Origin: a virus
Lineage: Duplodnaviria; Caudoviricetes
DNA: 64,000 bases
Virus record (IMG/VR): IMGVR_UViG_3300005805_000071
Span: 1 to 64,000 of that record
Direction: 5' to 3' (one strand)
A program made the position numbers and the translations under genes. Below the pieces are notes generated by a model. It worked only from the letters and a program-made list of their open reading frames with translations. It had not been told where the DNA came from and made no database searches. Shown here one piece after another: positions 19,602 to 30,833 of this stretch. Positions within the stretch are counted from its first letter, which is position 1. Every line of letters starts with the position of its first letter.

Positions 19602-19827
19602 TATTTTTCTCCTGGACTAATAATTTAAGTAATGATTTAATTTCACCCATATCAGATGAAAGTGTAGAAACTTGATCTTTTAATTTTTCAAGATCTTTTT
19701 GTTGTTTCTTTAACCTGTGATAGTTGTCTAGATACTTATCACGGGCAGTCTTGTTATTATTTAGTACGGCATTTGTTTCCTCATCCCGTACTAAATCTTG
19801 ATAATTTTCTATTTTTACTAAATTCAT
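19591..19827 (-). CDS. Small coiled-coil hypothetical protein
   Basis: LVRDEETNAVLN...EIKSLLKLL, a pattern usually seen after DUF4815 genes in T4-like phages (recalled). Confidence 0.75.
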   Translation of the reverse strand: MNLVKIENYQDLVRDEETNAVLNNNKTARDKYLDNYHRLKKQQKDLEKLKDQVSTLSSDMGEIKSLLKLLVQEKNNVN

Positions 19828-19829
19828 AA

Positions 19830-22800
19830 TTAGATCGCCGTTGCTATAGCTCTGAAATATTTAATTTGTGGAACGTATGCTTGGTTTGTCGAAGTCATTA
19901 CTATTTTAATTTGATATTTACTAAACTCAATACCAGAAACACTATACACATATGATTTAAATTGAACTCTATTTGAAGGAGTTACTAAAGCATCAGGTCC
20001 TCCAGTTTCATTGAAGAATTCCCAAGAAATTGTGTTTTCATCTCCACTAAATCCTGGTGGAACTATTCTATAAAGAACTTTAAAGTCGCTTTCGGGTGGT
20101 CTGTAAGCATCAAAGTATACATGAATAGATCTAGATACTTGATTATCTAATGAAACCATTCTTGTAATATACACAGCATCATGAGGATCTCCAATAAATT
20201 GTTCAGATAGTTGCCAATTATCTGGATTATTAATTCTACTACTTGTAGTAATGATACTACATCTATCAAGATCCACGATAGGAGTTAATAGACTAGTAGA
20301 TGAAGACATTAGCAATTGCATAGTAAATGATTTTTGACCTGCAAGTTTTTCCTGCTCATTTCTACCAGAAAGAATTAATTTTTGTCCTGACAAATAATTT
20401 GTTTGATTCAAATCAACTTCAATATATTCACCACTATTAACAAATGAGGCTTCTGTTGTATTTCCATTATTGATAGATGTTCCAGAAACAGTGTTTATTC
20501 TTGCTAATATTGGAGTAGAAGCATGTTCTACTTTTTGAACTTGTGGATGGATGTACTCAAAAGGTATATTTTGAGTTGCTCTAACTTGAGATCCACCAGC
20601 AACTATTCCACTAGTAGATACAGACTCACATTGTAAATCATAAGTATCTAGTGACACATTGTAAACTCCCTCATGAACTTTATTGATTTCAGTTAAAGGT
20701 ATTCCATCCAAATTGTAGCACTCGACAAAAGATCCTTCTTGGTGAGCAGCAGCAACAGTTCCATCTAATCCTCTTCCTGATGATGGAATAGTAATCACTG
20801 TTCCATCATTTCCTATTGCAGTATAGGAAATAATTTCTCCATTAATTTTCATATAACCAGGATTAGATTCTGAGATTGGAAGTCCATTAATTACTGTATG
20901 GAAAGCCAATGCATCAGAGACGGTGATTGACAAATCAGTATTACTTATCGATGCCCTAAGAGTTGTTGGGCTAACCTCCGAAACTACGTCACGAATCTCA
21001 ACAGTATTGGTTGGATCATGCATTCCATGATTACGATGGAAAACAGTGACTCTCTTTGATAATGCTGAATATGTAGGACTTAATGATAAGTATTTTTGAT
21101 ATGTATCACCTGAATAGGTAGTATTTGTTTCGTCTACTGTTCCAGAGATAGATGGATTTGTTTGTGAAATTGTTTCACCATCATCAAAATCCTTCGACAC
21201 ATAATTTACAGATAGAGTTCCATATGTTCCACCACCATCTAAAGACCAACCAGTAACTATTGCAGTAGCTCCACTAGTTCCTCCAGTAACAGTACTCCCA
21301 ATAGTATATGAACCTGTAGGAGAATCCACTCTTATACTACCAGTAGTTTGACTACTAATAATAGGATAGGATATTAAACCACCAATATTACTACCTTGCA
21401 AGAATGTTCCATCAACATTTTCAATTACTAATTGATGTGGATTTGTAGATTCTATAAATTGTTGAATCGTTGCAGAAGCATTTGTAGTTTGTTGATAAAT
21501 TCTTGCTCCAACTGTAAATGAACCCGTATTATCATTTAATACTAAAGTTTGTGTTGCTTGTTTAGTTTGAATTGGATTTTCTCTAAGAATTCTTACTCCA
21601 CCATTTTGCAATCCAAGAGAAGCATTATTTAAAACTAGAGTTCCATTTAAAGGACCGAATTCTGCTCTATAAATTTCAAACTTTAGATCCTGTAATTGGT
21701 TTGGAGTCCAAGTTGAACCATTCTGGGATTTGAATAAAACACCCGCATAAGGTTGTTCGGAAATTGTTCTATCTCCAGTTATATCAACCTCACCAAATTC
21801 GGAAATCCAAACTGTATATTTATTTGAGTCTGATAGTAAAACTACACAATATTCCTCTAGATCACTAACATAAACGGGGCAGTCAAATATAAATGAAGTA
21901 GGAATAGAAGCATTCTCAGAAATTTCTACTTCTTCAGGTTGTAATACTATTTGTGAATTTGGTTGAATAAATTTAGTTGGAATTCCACTCTCCATCCTCC
22001 TAATTTCACACCTAACTGGAATTCTTTCATCTTTAGTTGCAAAATATACATCAACCTTAGAAATATAACATCCACCTCTTTCCTGAACAATAAACGATTG
22101 CGCTAATGGATCATACCATCCAACAATAGTAGACTCAGTGGTAGTTCTTGCAGGAACATTTTGTGATTCTGATGGAATAACTACATCTTCAATTACACCA
22201 TCCCTGATACTTAATTGTTGCTCTTGCTCTTCCTGAAGAATTCCAGTTGCAGCATATTCAACCTGACCACTAGAAGAAGTTGTATCACCAATAGAAAGAG
22301 TTTCATTTGTAGAACTTGTAGTTAATTTAAATATTCTTCTTCCTGTAGCCCATCTTGGATTACTATCTACATTTTCATCTGGAATAAAGAATATTCCCTT
22401 AAAATTACCACTTGGATCCGTTATAAGTCTTCTATCTCTAATTACTGCTCTTGCTCCAGAGCTCAATCCTTCCACAACATAATTAATTTGGATATTTCCA
22501 TAATATTCTGCATCTTCAAGTCCAGATAAAGTAGTAACATCAATATTTAAATATGGTGTGTTTGATGAATATACGTCACTGAGTTCTGTTAATTCACCAG
22601 TTAAAGTTGCTCCAGATGAAGCATATGGATCATATCTATACCCATCATTTAATCGAGCTACTTCTGCTCTAAAAATAATAGTATTAGTTCCAGTAGAAGA
22701 AGTTTCTATGATTTGAACTACCTCACCAACCTGGAATGGTATATTATTTGAATTGGAATTTTCTGTTGAATCTTTAATAACTTCTATGAGTTTGGGGAAA

Positions 22801-25800
22801 CAATATGAAGTTGCATCAACATTATCGAAAAATGCATAGAATCTTGTAGATGGTTTTAATGCCTCTGCAGTTATACCAATATTTCTACTTCTAATCCAAG
22901 GAACATTACTTCTACTAACAACTCTATCACCTAGAGATTCTGTTCTAAATGTTGGTCTTACTCTCTGTTGTGTTCCTGTTCGCCTCTCAACAATTCCAGT
23001 TGTAGTTATTGTTCTGGTCCCCCAAACAGCAATACCACCACCACTAGCATTCCATCCTTGAGGTCTACCGTCAGATGTAGTTGTTACTGCTCCAGTCCAA
23101 TCTTGTGTCCAAGAACTCCATTGTAATGGACCAAATCCATTTTCAAAGTCAAATCCACCACCCTGTTCGGCAGTTCTCTCTCCAAGACTAACAACAAGAG
23201 CACTAAAGTTTCCTTCGATATTGGTTACTTGTGTTGGTAATCTTCTAACGGAAACCCAGTCATCACTAGCAGGACTTAAAGTTATAGCACCTAAAAATGT
23301 GAAAACATTGAACGGGTTTACGTTTTCTGTTTTTGATGCATATGGTTGTTGAATTAATAATTGATGCTCAAATGGGAGAGTCACAATTCTTCTAGATTCT
23401 CTTACATTTGACGATGCTGAAGTATTCCATGTTAAAGGAACATTTGTAGTATAGTGCGATGGTCTTAAAATTCTTTCCGCAAAATCAATTGAGGCACCAT
23501 AATCAGGATTAGTAATTTCAGCAACGTTCTGATTTTCGAATGAGTCTACAAAGAATCCATTTTTAAATTTATCATTTCCAAATTCATCTGTAATGGTAAG
23601 AGATTCTGTATCACTTTCTAGTAAAGTTAGAACGCTATAATATTCGACATTTTGTAATCTTGCATCTAGACCAGCAATATCTTTCATGGTATATCTTCTG
23701 ATATTTTCTTTGAAGATATAATTATCTGTATCCACATTGAATCCATACGCATTATGGGCTATTGTGGCCAATAACATTGCACCATCTATATTACTAGGTG
23801 GTTGAGGAACTTCTGCTGGTTTTCCTAGCGTTAGTAAAAATTCTCCAGTTGTATTAACAAATAGTTTATCAATTCTAGGCAGATAAAAAGTATAATCGCA
23901 TCTAAAATCGGAGTCTGGTTTTGGTATATCAAAAGTAGTAGAATCTTCAGAATCTTTAAATACTCTACTTGCAAAATCGAAACTGGAACAATTCAAAGCA
24001 AATGGATCTGAAAGAGTTCCTGTTCCGTCTGCTAGAGCAGATACCCCTGGTCTGAAATCAAGAACATCTCTAAGTGCTTTTTGTGTGGATGTTGTATTTG
24101 TTCCACTTCCAACTGCAGATACGAATGTTGGTATTTCAGCATACTCAACACCAACATACGAATCAATATTGAAATAATCTCCAGAACTTTCGTGTGAGAA
24201 ATAATCTGCAACAATTTTTACTTTTCTAATTGGAGAGGCAACTCCCTTTTTTCTAACTATTCTTGAGACATCGTAGAAGAAGTTCTTCTGACCACTTTCT
24301 AGATAGAAAGAAGAAGTTATATTTTTACTTCCCAAGTTGATAGAACCATCAGCATCACTTAGTAGCGATTGTAGAGCATTTCCATTACTGTCAAATCCAG
24401 TTATAGTCTCATTCTGTTGGAATGGAACAGAACCTTCATAAACAATTGTCAATCTTAGTGTACCAGTATTAAAATCTACTACGTAACCCTTTGCACCAGA
24501 AGTTTGCCCAGTAACTAAAGAACCTGTTGCAAAAAAGGTTGGTTCTACTAAAGTGACATATGGCACTACAGCATCATTATTATCAACAGATTCATAAACA
24601 GCTCGTAATTTATAGACATCAGTTACTCCAAGAGAAATATCTACATCTTCAATTCTAGTTCCGTAAATATTTGAGTATGCTAACCCATATTGTATTTGGT
24701 CACTTTGACGAAGGGTTTTATTAACCTTCCATATTCTCATTTTGTTAGCATTTTTAACCTTTTCTACAACTATATTTTTCGATATAGCAGCATTAAATCT
24801 AATTGTTGTAATACCAACTAAGTTTGCAACCGTAATAGTAGATCTTGGAGTTCCAGTTGTATTAAATGTTGTGTAAGCAGCTCCCGATGGATTATCATTT
24901 TGTAGGATAACAACATCTCCAACCGAATATGAAGATCCACCAGATACACTTGTAACTACTAGATTGTAATTTTCAGTTTCTACTGCTTGGAACTGTTCAT
25001 TTGCAGCAAGAGCGATTGTGAAACTATTACTTGTAATTTGCGATTCGTAAGTTCTCTTAACGATCATACTTTCATCGCTAATAGATCTAATCGCTGTTTT
25101 TGGCATTTCAGTAAATAAATCTCCATCTTCCTTGCCAAATAGGAATGGTCTAAGTCTTATAACTGTATTGTATTGTGTTCCATTAGTAGGAGTAAAACCT
25201 GGAGATGGAGTTACATTGATGGATTGATCGGCATAATTAAATACTGAGGACAAACTAAAATTAGATGCTAAAGCATCAACTCGGAAATATTCAGACTCCG
25301 ATACATACAGTAAATCACCAGATCTAACTTCTGGAGATATATTACTATTGTAACCAGTTAAAACACCACTATCGTATGTGAAGAAATCTCCACCAAGCCT
25401 AAATGAATCCGTTAAAGAAACATCGCCAGTGAAAATTACATTATTTAGATTATCTCTCCCTACAACCTGCTTAATGTCCGAAAACTGATATGAATATACT
25501 CCTTGAATGGTTCCTTTATCTCTCCCATCAACCTCTATAACTTCACCAACTCTGAATGTACCAGTAACGCCATACAAAGATACTGTTTGTCCAGTAAAAC
25601 TGGTTCCTGAAGAAAGTCTTATAAAACCATTTGCGCCACTGGTCTTTCCTCTTATTCTAGAACCACCTTCAATTGTAGTTGATTGAGTTAAATAAATTTT
25701 TGTAATGAATGAAACATCAAAAGCAGTACAATTATAGATATCATTTAAATCACCTTCTAAAGCATCTCCACTACTAGAAAATTCCCAACTTGCAACTCTA

Positions 25801-27125
25801 GCCAATCCAACTATATTTCCTGCAGAATTTCCTGGAGTGGATGTAAAGTCATCTCTAAGTTCTATAATTTGGTATGAATCATCTATATCTGGACCACTGA
25901 TAACTGGTGTTCCAAAAACATTAGTAACTTTTATTACGTTACCAAGTTCGAATGGAATAATATTATTTTCAACCGTTTCAAAAGTTCTTGGTTTTGGAAG
26001 ATCTAAAAATGTTTGAGATTGCTTGTTGATAAGATAACCTTTTAAGTATACCTTACCAGGTGATACTTGCACAGCATATAAATTATCTGAAGTTATAACT
26101 CCAGTATCATCTGTTCTTTGCCCTGGAAGATATACACCATTATTAAAACCATCATTTAAAGACTCACGAAGTTTAATATCAAATGGTTTAATCATGAAAT
26201 CGCCTGCCAAATCATAAATCTGAGATGCAAAACGCTTTTCTAGCTCATTATATCCAGTTTCATCAACTTGTAATTCAACTTTTCCATTTTTCAATCGCAT
26301 CAATTCATAAAAATTCTTATCTGCATCATCATCAAAAGTTTTTTTAACTAATGTGGCTCTAATTCTGAATCTATGAGCTCCAGGTGCAGCATAGTTAGAA
26401 GTGCCTGCTGCATTATCATTTAGACTGGTATCATCTTCAGATGTAATAATTGATTCCGAAACTTCTAATCCAATTCTATAAGATGGATCTACTTGATATT
26501 GATCAAGAATAATACTTTGATATGGAACATCAACAAAGAATCCTCTAATAAAGTAAACACCAGTATTAACGTAAGCTATAGAACCAGTTTGATTTGCTTC
26601 GTTTGGAATGAGTTGAGCTACTGGTGTTCCAATTTCAATCAGATTAGAACCATATGTAATTTCCGAATCTACAACGATCTGCTCGTTGTTAAGTAACTTA
26701 GTAACGGTTCGATCAGATCCACCAGCTTCCTTGTATTTAACGTAAAGTGTTATAAATCCTTTCTCTGATTCATCTGAAGATAAGGTTTTAATTACCTCTG
26801 CTCTAACACCGCTAGTAACGCCAGTAATAGTTTTTCCAACTAATTCTTTTCTATAATTTTCTACTTGAGAACCTAAAAATGATGATTGGATTAGGACACT
26901 ATCCGCATTATTATCCCATGCAACTTGACCTGGAATAACCATGGAACCATCTTTAAATAGATGATTACCAACACTTTCAACCTGATTCTGTAAGATTGAC
27001 TGTAAAGTTGTTAGTTCTCTAGCTTGGATTGGAAATCCTGGTCTAAAAAGAACTCTATAAAAGTTCTTAAATTTATCAAAATCATCATAATAAGGGCTGA
27101 CGTTAAGGTTGGTGTTTTGTGCCAT
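19830..27125 (-). CDS. Large virion structural protein (DUF4815 type), 2431 aa
   Basis: NLNVSPYYDDFD, LFRPGFPIQARELTTLQSILQNQ, DKFKNGFFVDSF and DPLAQSF motifs. Confidence 0.85.
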   Translation of the reverse strand: MAQNTNLNVSPYYDDFDKFKNFYRVLFRPGFPIQARELTTLQSILQNQVESVGNHLFKDGSMVIPGQVAWDNNADSVLIQSSFLGSQVENYRKELVGKTITGVTSGVRAEVIKTLSSDESEKGFITLYVKYKEAGGSDRTVTKLLNNEQIVVDSEITYGSNLIEIGTPVAQLIPNEANQTGSIAYVNTGVYFIRGFFVDVPYQSIILDQYQVDPSYRIGLEVSESIITSEDDTSLNDNAAGTSNYAAPGAHRFRIRATLVKKTFDDDADKNFYELMRLKNGKVELQVDETGYNELEKRFASQIYDLAGDFMIKPFDIKLRESLNDGFNNGVYLPGQRTDDTGVITSDNLYAVQVSPGKVYLKGYLINKQSQTFLDLPKPRTFETVENNIIPFELGNVIKVTNVFGTPVISGPDIDDSYQIIELRDDFTSTPGNSAGNIVGLARVASWEFSSSGDALEGDLNDIYNCTAFDVSFITKIYLTQSTTIEGGSRIRGKTSGANGFIRLSSGTSFTGQTVSLYGVTGTFRVGEVIEVDGRDKGTIQGVYSYQFSDIKQVVGRDNLNNVIFTGDVSLTDSFRLGGDFFTYDSGVLTGYNSNISPEVRSGDLLYVSESEYFRVDALASNFSLSSVFNYADQSINVTPSPGFTPTNGTQYNTVIRLRPFLFGKEDGDLFTEMPKTAIRSISDESMIVKRTYESQITSNSFTIALAANEQFQAVETENYNLVVTSVSGGSSYSVGDVVILQNDNPSGAAYTTFNTTGTPRSTITVANLVGITTIRFNAAISKNIVVEKVKNANKMRIWKVNKTLRQSDQIQYGLAYSNIYGTRIEDVDISLGVTDVYKLRAVYESVDNNDAVVPYVTLVEPTFFATGSLVTGQTSGAKGYVVDFNTGTLRLTIVYEGSVPFQQNETITGFDSNGNALQSLLSDADGSINLGSKNITSSFYLESGQKNFFYDVSRIVRKKGVASPIRKVKIVADYFSHESSGDYFNIDSYVGVEYAEIPTFVSAVGSGTNTTSTQKALRDVLDFRPGVSALADGTGTLSDPFALNCSSFDFASRVFKDSEDSTTFDIPKPDSDFRCDYTFYLPRIDKLFVNTTGEFLLTLGKPAEVPQPPSNIDGAMLLATIAHNAYGFNVDTDNYIFKENIRRYTMKDIAGLDARLQNVEYYSVLTLLESDTESLTITDEFGNDKFKNGFFVDSFENQNVAEITNPDYGASIDFAERILRPSHYTTNVPLTWNTSASSNVRESRRIVTLPFEHQLLIQQPYASKTENVNPFNVFTFLGAITLSPASDDWVSVRRLPTQVTNIEGNFSALVVSLGERTAEQGGGFDFENGFGPLQWSSWTQDWTGAVTTTSDGRPQGWNASGGGIAVWGTRTITTTGIVERRTGTQQRVRPTFRTESLGDRVVSRSNVPWIRSRNIGITAEALKPSTRFYAFFDNVDATSYCFPKLIEVIKDSTENSNSNNIPFQVGEVVQIIETSSTGTNTIIFRAEVARLNDGYRYDPYASSGATLTGELTELSDVYSSNTPYLNIDVTTLSGLEDAEYYGNIQINYVVEGLSSGARAVIRDRRLITDPSGNFKGIFFIPDENVDSNPRWATGRRIFKLTTSSTNETLSIGDTTSSSGQVEYAATGILQEEQEQQLSIRDGVIEDVVIPSESQNVPARTTTESTIVGWYDPLAQSFIVQERGGCYISKVDVYFATKDERIPVRCEIRRMESGIPTKFIQPNSQIVLQPEEVEISENASIPTSFIFDCPVYVSDLEEYCVVLLSDSNKYTVWISEFGEVDITGDRTISEQPYAGVLFKSQNGSTWTPNQLQDLKFEIYRAEFGPLNGTLVLNNASLGLQNGGVRILRENPIQTKQATQTLVLNDNTGSFTVGARIYQQTTNASATIQQFIESTNPHQLVIENVDGTFLQGSNIGGLISYPIISSQTTGSIRVDSPTGSYTIGSTVTGGTSGATAIVTGWSLDGGGTYGTLSVNYVSKDFDDGETISQTNPSISGTVDETNTTYSGDTYQKYLSLSPTYSALSKRVTVFHRNHGMHDPTNTVEIRDVVSEVSPTTLRASISNTDLSITVSDALAFHTVINGLPISESNPGYMKINGEIISYTAIGNDGTVITIPSSGRGLDGTVAAAHQEGSFVECYNLDGIPLTEINKVHEGVYNVSLDTYDLQCESVSTSGIVAGGSQVRATQNIPFEYIHPQVQKVEHASTPILARINTVSGTSINNGNTTEASFVNSGEYIEVDLNQTNYLSGQKLILSGRNEQEKLAGQKSFTMQLLMSSSTSLLTPIVDLDRCSIITTSSRINNPDNWQLSEQFIGDPHDAVYITRMVSLDNQVSRSIHVYFDAYRPPESDFKVLYRIVPPGFSGDENTISWEFFNETGGPDALVTPSNRVQFKSYVYSVSGIEFSKYQIKIVMTSTNQAYVPQIKYFRAIATAI

Positions 27126-27144
27126 TTTTTTATTTCTCTTCTAA

Positions 27145-28677
27145 TTAGAATTCAATAACAATTTTGATATCTTCGATCTGATCATTTGCACGAGAGATCG
27201 GTCTTCTATTATCTATATAGATTACTTCCCCAGTGTTTTTGGAAATTTCTGGGAATGCGTAACCTGCTGTAAATCTCATACCTAAGTCATATTCAGTATT
27301 ATTAATTATTCTAGTTGATTGACCTGGAGTAACTGGAAAGTTAACATCTGGTTCAGCTGAAGCTCCAGATGTATCTCCAATAATAATATTACTACCCTCA
27401 AATAAATTTAGAGATCCAATAATTTCTGGGTAAATACCATCAACATTATTCTGATAGTACTTTAAAACTTTTGTTACTGAGTTCCATGAAATCACTCTTC
27501 CCCTAGAAGTAATTTGTTGACCTCCAACGGTTCTTGTTTGAGTAATAATTTCATCGACAACAAAATTTCCTTGGAAAGTCGGAGGAAAAATAACTGCTTT
27601 TGTAGCACTCAAAGTTAAATCATCTGCTAATTCTTCGGTATTGTACTTATATGGATTTAATACCATTCCAATTCTTCGATAATCATTATCGATAGGGAAA
27701 TCACCAGAACCCTCAGAATACGAAAGTCTGGCATTTACCATTACTCTAAAACCACCTAATTCATAAATTGGATCAAATCCATGTCCACCTTGGGGAGGAA
27801 TAATAATATCAACAACACCACCAGTTCCAGTTCCAATTCCATTAATGGATTCTACATTTATTCTTCCAAAAGTATATCCAATACCACCAGAAGTAACAGT
27901 GGCATTAACAATTCTACCACCGTCTACAATGACAGATACTCTTCCACCAACTCCATCACCAACAATAGGAACATTTTCATATGTTCCATTGTTATACCCA
28001 CTACCAGATGAAGTAATAACTACTGTATCAATTTCTCCAGATACAGCATTAGTTTTTACAGCAGAATCAGTTAATACTGGAATATAATCAGATGAGAAAA
28101 ATTTTAAAACCTGAGCAACAGGAATGGTATACATGAATTTCCATCTATACCCATCTGAGGTGGTAATAATTGATGTGGATGTTCCAGTAGGTTCGATTGT
28201 CGATGGTTTACCGTTAGGATCGGATGGGGAAGTTCCATTATAAATGCACTTATATACCTGATACGTTGAATTCACAACATAAAAGTCTGATTCATATAAA
28301 CGAGTAGATCCAGAAGCAGCTGTTTTTGTTGAAGAATAGTCATGACGATACATATCGTAAATATATCCCAAACCACCTGTAGTTTGTTCTGGTGGAATCC
28401 AGTCAATACGACGAACTACTTGAATAGTATCATTTGCCAAAACTCTTTTTAGAGAAATCATGTCATCATATAGATCACTATATTCCTCAAAACTATCTTT
28501 TGGTGAGGGGGGATTATTTTCATTCTCCCAAGTTTGAGGGCGACCAATAAAGATGTATAATCTATCTCTATTAGAACCAGTCTCAAGATCACTTAAAGTT
28601 GAATCTGGTCCTTCGAGAGATTTTATAAATTTTCCAGCCGAATAAATTCGGAACTGATCGGTTAGAAGTGCTGTCAT
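27145..28677 (-). CDS. gp8: Baseplate wedge protein gp8
   Basis: FYVVNSTYQVYKCIYN, DGYRWKFMYTI and GEVIYIDNRRPISRANDQIEDIKIVIEF motifs. Confidence 0.92.
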   Translation of the reverse strand: MTALLTDQFRIYSAGKFIKSLEGPDSTLSDLETGSNRDRLYIFIGRPQTWENENNPPSPKDSFEEYSDLYDDMISLKRVLANDTIQVVRRIDWIPPEQTTGGLGYIYDMYRHDYSSTKTAASGSTRLYESDFYVVNSTYQVYKCIYNGTSPSDPNGKPSTIEPTGTSTSIITTSDGYRWKFMYTIPVAQVLKFFSSDYIPVLTDSAVKTNAVSGEIDTVVITSSGSGYNNGTYENVPIVGDGVGGRVSVIVDGGRIVNATVTSGGIGYTFGRINVESINGIGTGTGGVVDIIIPPQGGHGFDPIYELGGFRVMVNARLSYSEGSGDFPIDNDYRRIGMVLNPYKYNTEELADDLTLSATKAVIFPPTFQGNFVVDEIITQTRTVGGQQITSRGRVISWNSVTKVLKYYQNNVDGIYPEIIGSLNLFEGSNIIIGDTSGASAEPDVNFPVTPGQSTRIINNTEYDLGMRFTAGYAFPEISKNTGEVIYIDNRRPISRANDQIEDIKIVIEF

Positions 28678-28718
28678 TAATCTATCCTACTGTTATTGAT
28701 ACTGTAAATCCCTATCTC

Positions 28719-28725
28719 TATTTAG
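28719..28725 (-). promoter_or_regulatory. Late promoter CTAAATA upstream of gp8
   Basis: Overlaps the upstream stop. Confidence 0.7.
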
Positions 28726-30833
28726 TTACGGAAATAATCATTTCTGACTGCTGTTGTATAATCAATAGATTCAATCCTCCAAGATCCTCCTGAAGATGAT
28801 CCTGTAACTATTTCTCCTCCTAGTATTGCTTGAGCAATAGCTTGAATTCCAGATCCAGCGTCTATTGTTACAATTGGAGGAACTTCATATCCATATCCTC
28901 CAGTTTGAACTTCAATTGAAGTTACTTGGTCAGAGGTTAATGTCGAGGTTGCTGTTGCTGAAACTATGGACGTTGGAATAGTTATATTTGGAGCAGATGT
29001 ATATCCAGAACCATTATCTAACATCCTAATTCCTACTACTGTTGAATTTTTGGAAAACTCATATAAGAAACCAATTTCAGGATCACCAGTGTTATATGGA
29101 ATTACATCTTCGACAATTAAAGTTTGTGTATTTGGATCCCATGAGACCACTGTAGCTTCTATTAAAGACTCTGTGCCAATAATAGTTTCTCCAGCAATAA
29201 ATCCAACTCCATTATAATAATCTGGATTTCTAGTATCCATCTTAATTGAAACATATGCTTTATGATCAACACCTTCATTTAGTAAACCAGCATCAGTAAC
29301 AGTAGCAACTCTATATGGACTACTAGAATCTCTTATCTGATCGCCCTGGACAAATAGAGTTGTGTTTTGTCCACCAACAGTTTCTTCTATACCATATAGA
29401 GTTGTTTCATTACCAGCATCTAATCCAATTTTACCTTCAAATGCAGTTCCAGTATTAATTAAATCTGGATATCCATCCCCTAAACCATCAAGTTCTAAAA
29501 TGTCTTCGAATTTTTTATTAACTAAAACTGTTAATGGATTTGTAAGTTGGTAAATTATACCCCCTTCAAAATTAACAATATTGTGAGGTAGTTGTGTAGA
29601 ATTTGATGCATCAGCAGCACCCCCATCAAAAACAGGAGCAGATTTTTCTCCAGGAGATCCTGCATCTATAAAAGCAAGTTCATCAACAATAAAAGATATA
29701 AAGAGTTCTGCTGTTGTTGGAATCCAGTCATAAACAATTGCTATCTTACTAGATGCACTTTCTAATACTCTTGCAATTCTATCACCAATATTGAATTGAT
29801 AACCACTTATTCCTGTATCTGGATCAGTTGCATTAGTATCTAGAACTATTCTTTGATCGTACCTAAAGTTTATTCCTCTTGTACAACCAATAAATCTATT
29901 TTCGTCTTTACCAGTATAACGTATTAATTCTTTTTCTAATAAAATAACTCCAGTTGGATCAAATGCTTCTGTTGAACCAACATAAATCGTATTATCTGAT
30001 CTAGAAACATCTCTAGTAAGACCTGTTATATCATATACAGTAGCATTATACAACTGCCTATTTCTTGCAACTCTTTTTAAAGTTGCTTGTCTTCCAAATA
30101 TAACTTTTGGTGGACTAGTATAGTTTACACCAGACTCTATTAATTTAATTTCTGATATTTCGCCTTGGTATACAACTGCCTCTGCTTTTGCTCCAATACC
30201 ACCGCCGCCAGTCAATAGGATGTAAGGTGGTGTTTGATAAAAGTTTCCTGGATTTGATATTGTTATATTAGATGATACTATACCTTTAGTATCTGCCTCA
30301 GCAACAGCAAAAGCACCTGTTCCACCACCACCATTAATACTTAAAAATGGATCGGTTTCATAATTTCTACCTACATTTAATAAAGATATACCTGTAACTG
30401 TTTGAGAAATTGGAACTACCGTTGCACCACCTCCAACTGCTCCTTTGATTTCTGCTGTTACTGGATAATACTGTTTATTACCAGTATTAATCATTTGTAT
30501 ATAAGAAATAGATCCATCATCATTAAGATTTACTTTAGCACTGCAAGGATCTGGAATATCCTCCCCTTCAGGAACTTGTGGTGTAAATTCAATTCTTAAT
30601 GGATCATATCCCTCTCCACCATCGAGTACTCTTACCGCAATTATCTTTCCATTTGCTATTACTGGTTTCAAAACTGCATCTCTAATTGGTTGACCACAAT
30701 TTCCAATTTTCAATAATGGTGGTTGCTCTGGATCATAACCAGAACCACCATGTTCTACAATTACAGAATCTACTTCAAATTTATCATTAAATACTGGAGT
30801 AATCCTTGCTCCAGATCCAGGTACTAATGCCAT
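28722..30833 (-). CDS. Baseplate-associated structural protein with GxGY..P.V.I.GGG repeats
   Basis: Carries the same beta-repeat as the giant gp7-like protein; located just upstream of gp8. Confidence 0.75.
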   Translation of the reverse strand: MALVPGSGARITPVFNDKFEVDSVIVEHGGSGYDPEQPPLLKIGNCGQPIRDAVLKPVIANGKIIAVRVLDGGEGYDPLRIEFTPQVPEGEDIPDPCSAKVNLNDDGSISYIQMINTGNKQYYPVTAEIKGAVGGGATVVPISQTVTGISLLNVGRNYETDPFLSINGGGGTGAFAVAEADTKGIVSSNITISNPGNFYQTPPYILLTGGGGIGAKAEAVVYQGEISEIKLIESGVNYTSPPKVIFGRQATLKRVARNRQLYNATVYDITGLTRDVSRSDNTIYVGSTEAFDPTGVILLEKELIRYTGKDENRFIGCTRGINFRYDQRIVLDTNATDPDTGISGYQFNIGDRIARVLESASSKIAIVYDWIPTTAELFISFIVDELAFIDAGSPGEKSAPVFDGGAADASNSTQLPHNIVNFEGGIIYQLTNPLTVLVNKKFEDILELDGLGDGYPDLINTGTAFEGKIGLDAGNETTLYGIEETVGGQNTTLFVQGDQIRDSSSPYRVATVTDAGLLNEGVDHKAYVSIKMDTRNPDYYNGVGFIAGETIIGTESLIEATVVSWDPNTQTLIVEDVIPYNTGDPEIGFLYEFSKNSTVVGIRMLDNGSGYTSAPNITIPTSIVSATATSTLTSDQVTSIEVQTGGYGYEVPPIVTIDAGSGIQAIAQAILGGEIVTGSSSGGSWRIESIDYTTAVRNDYFRN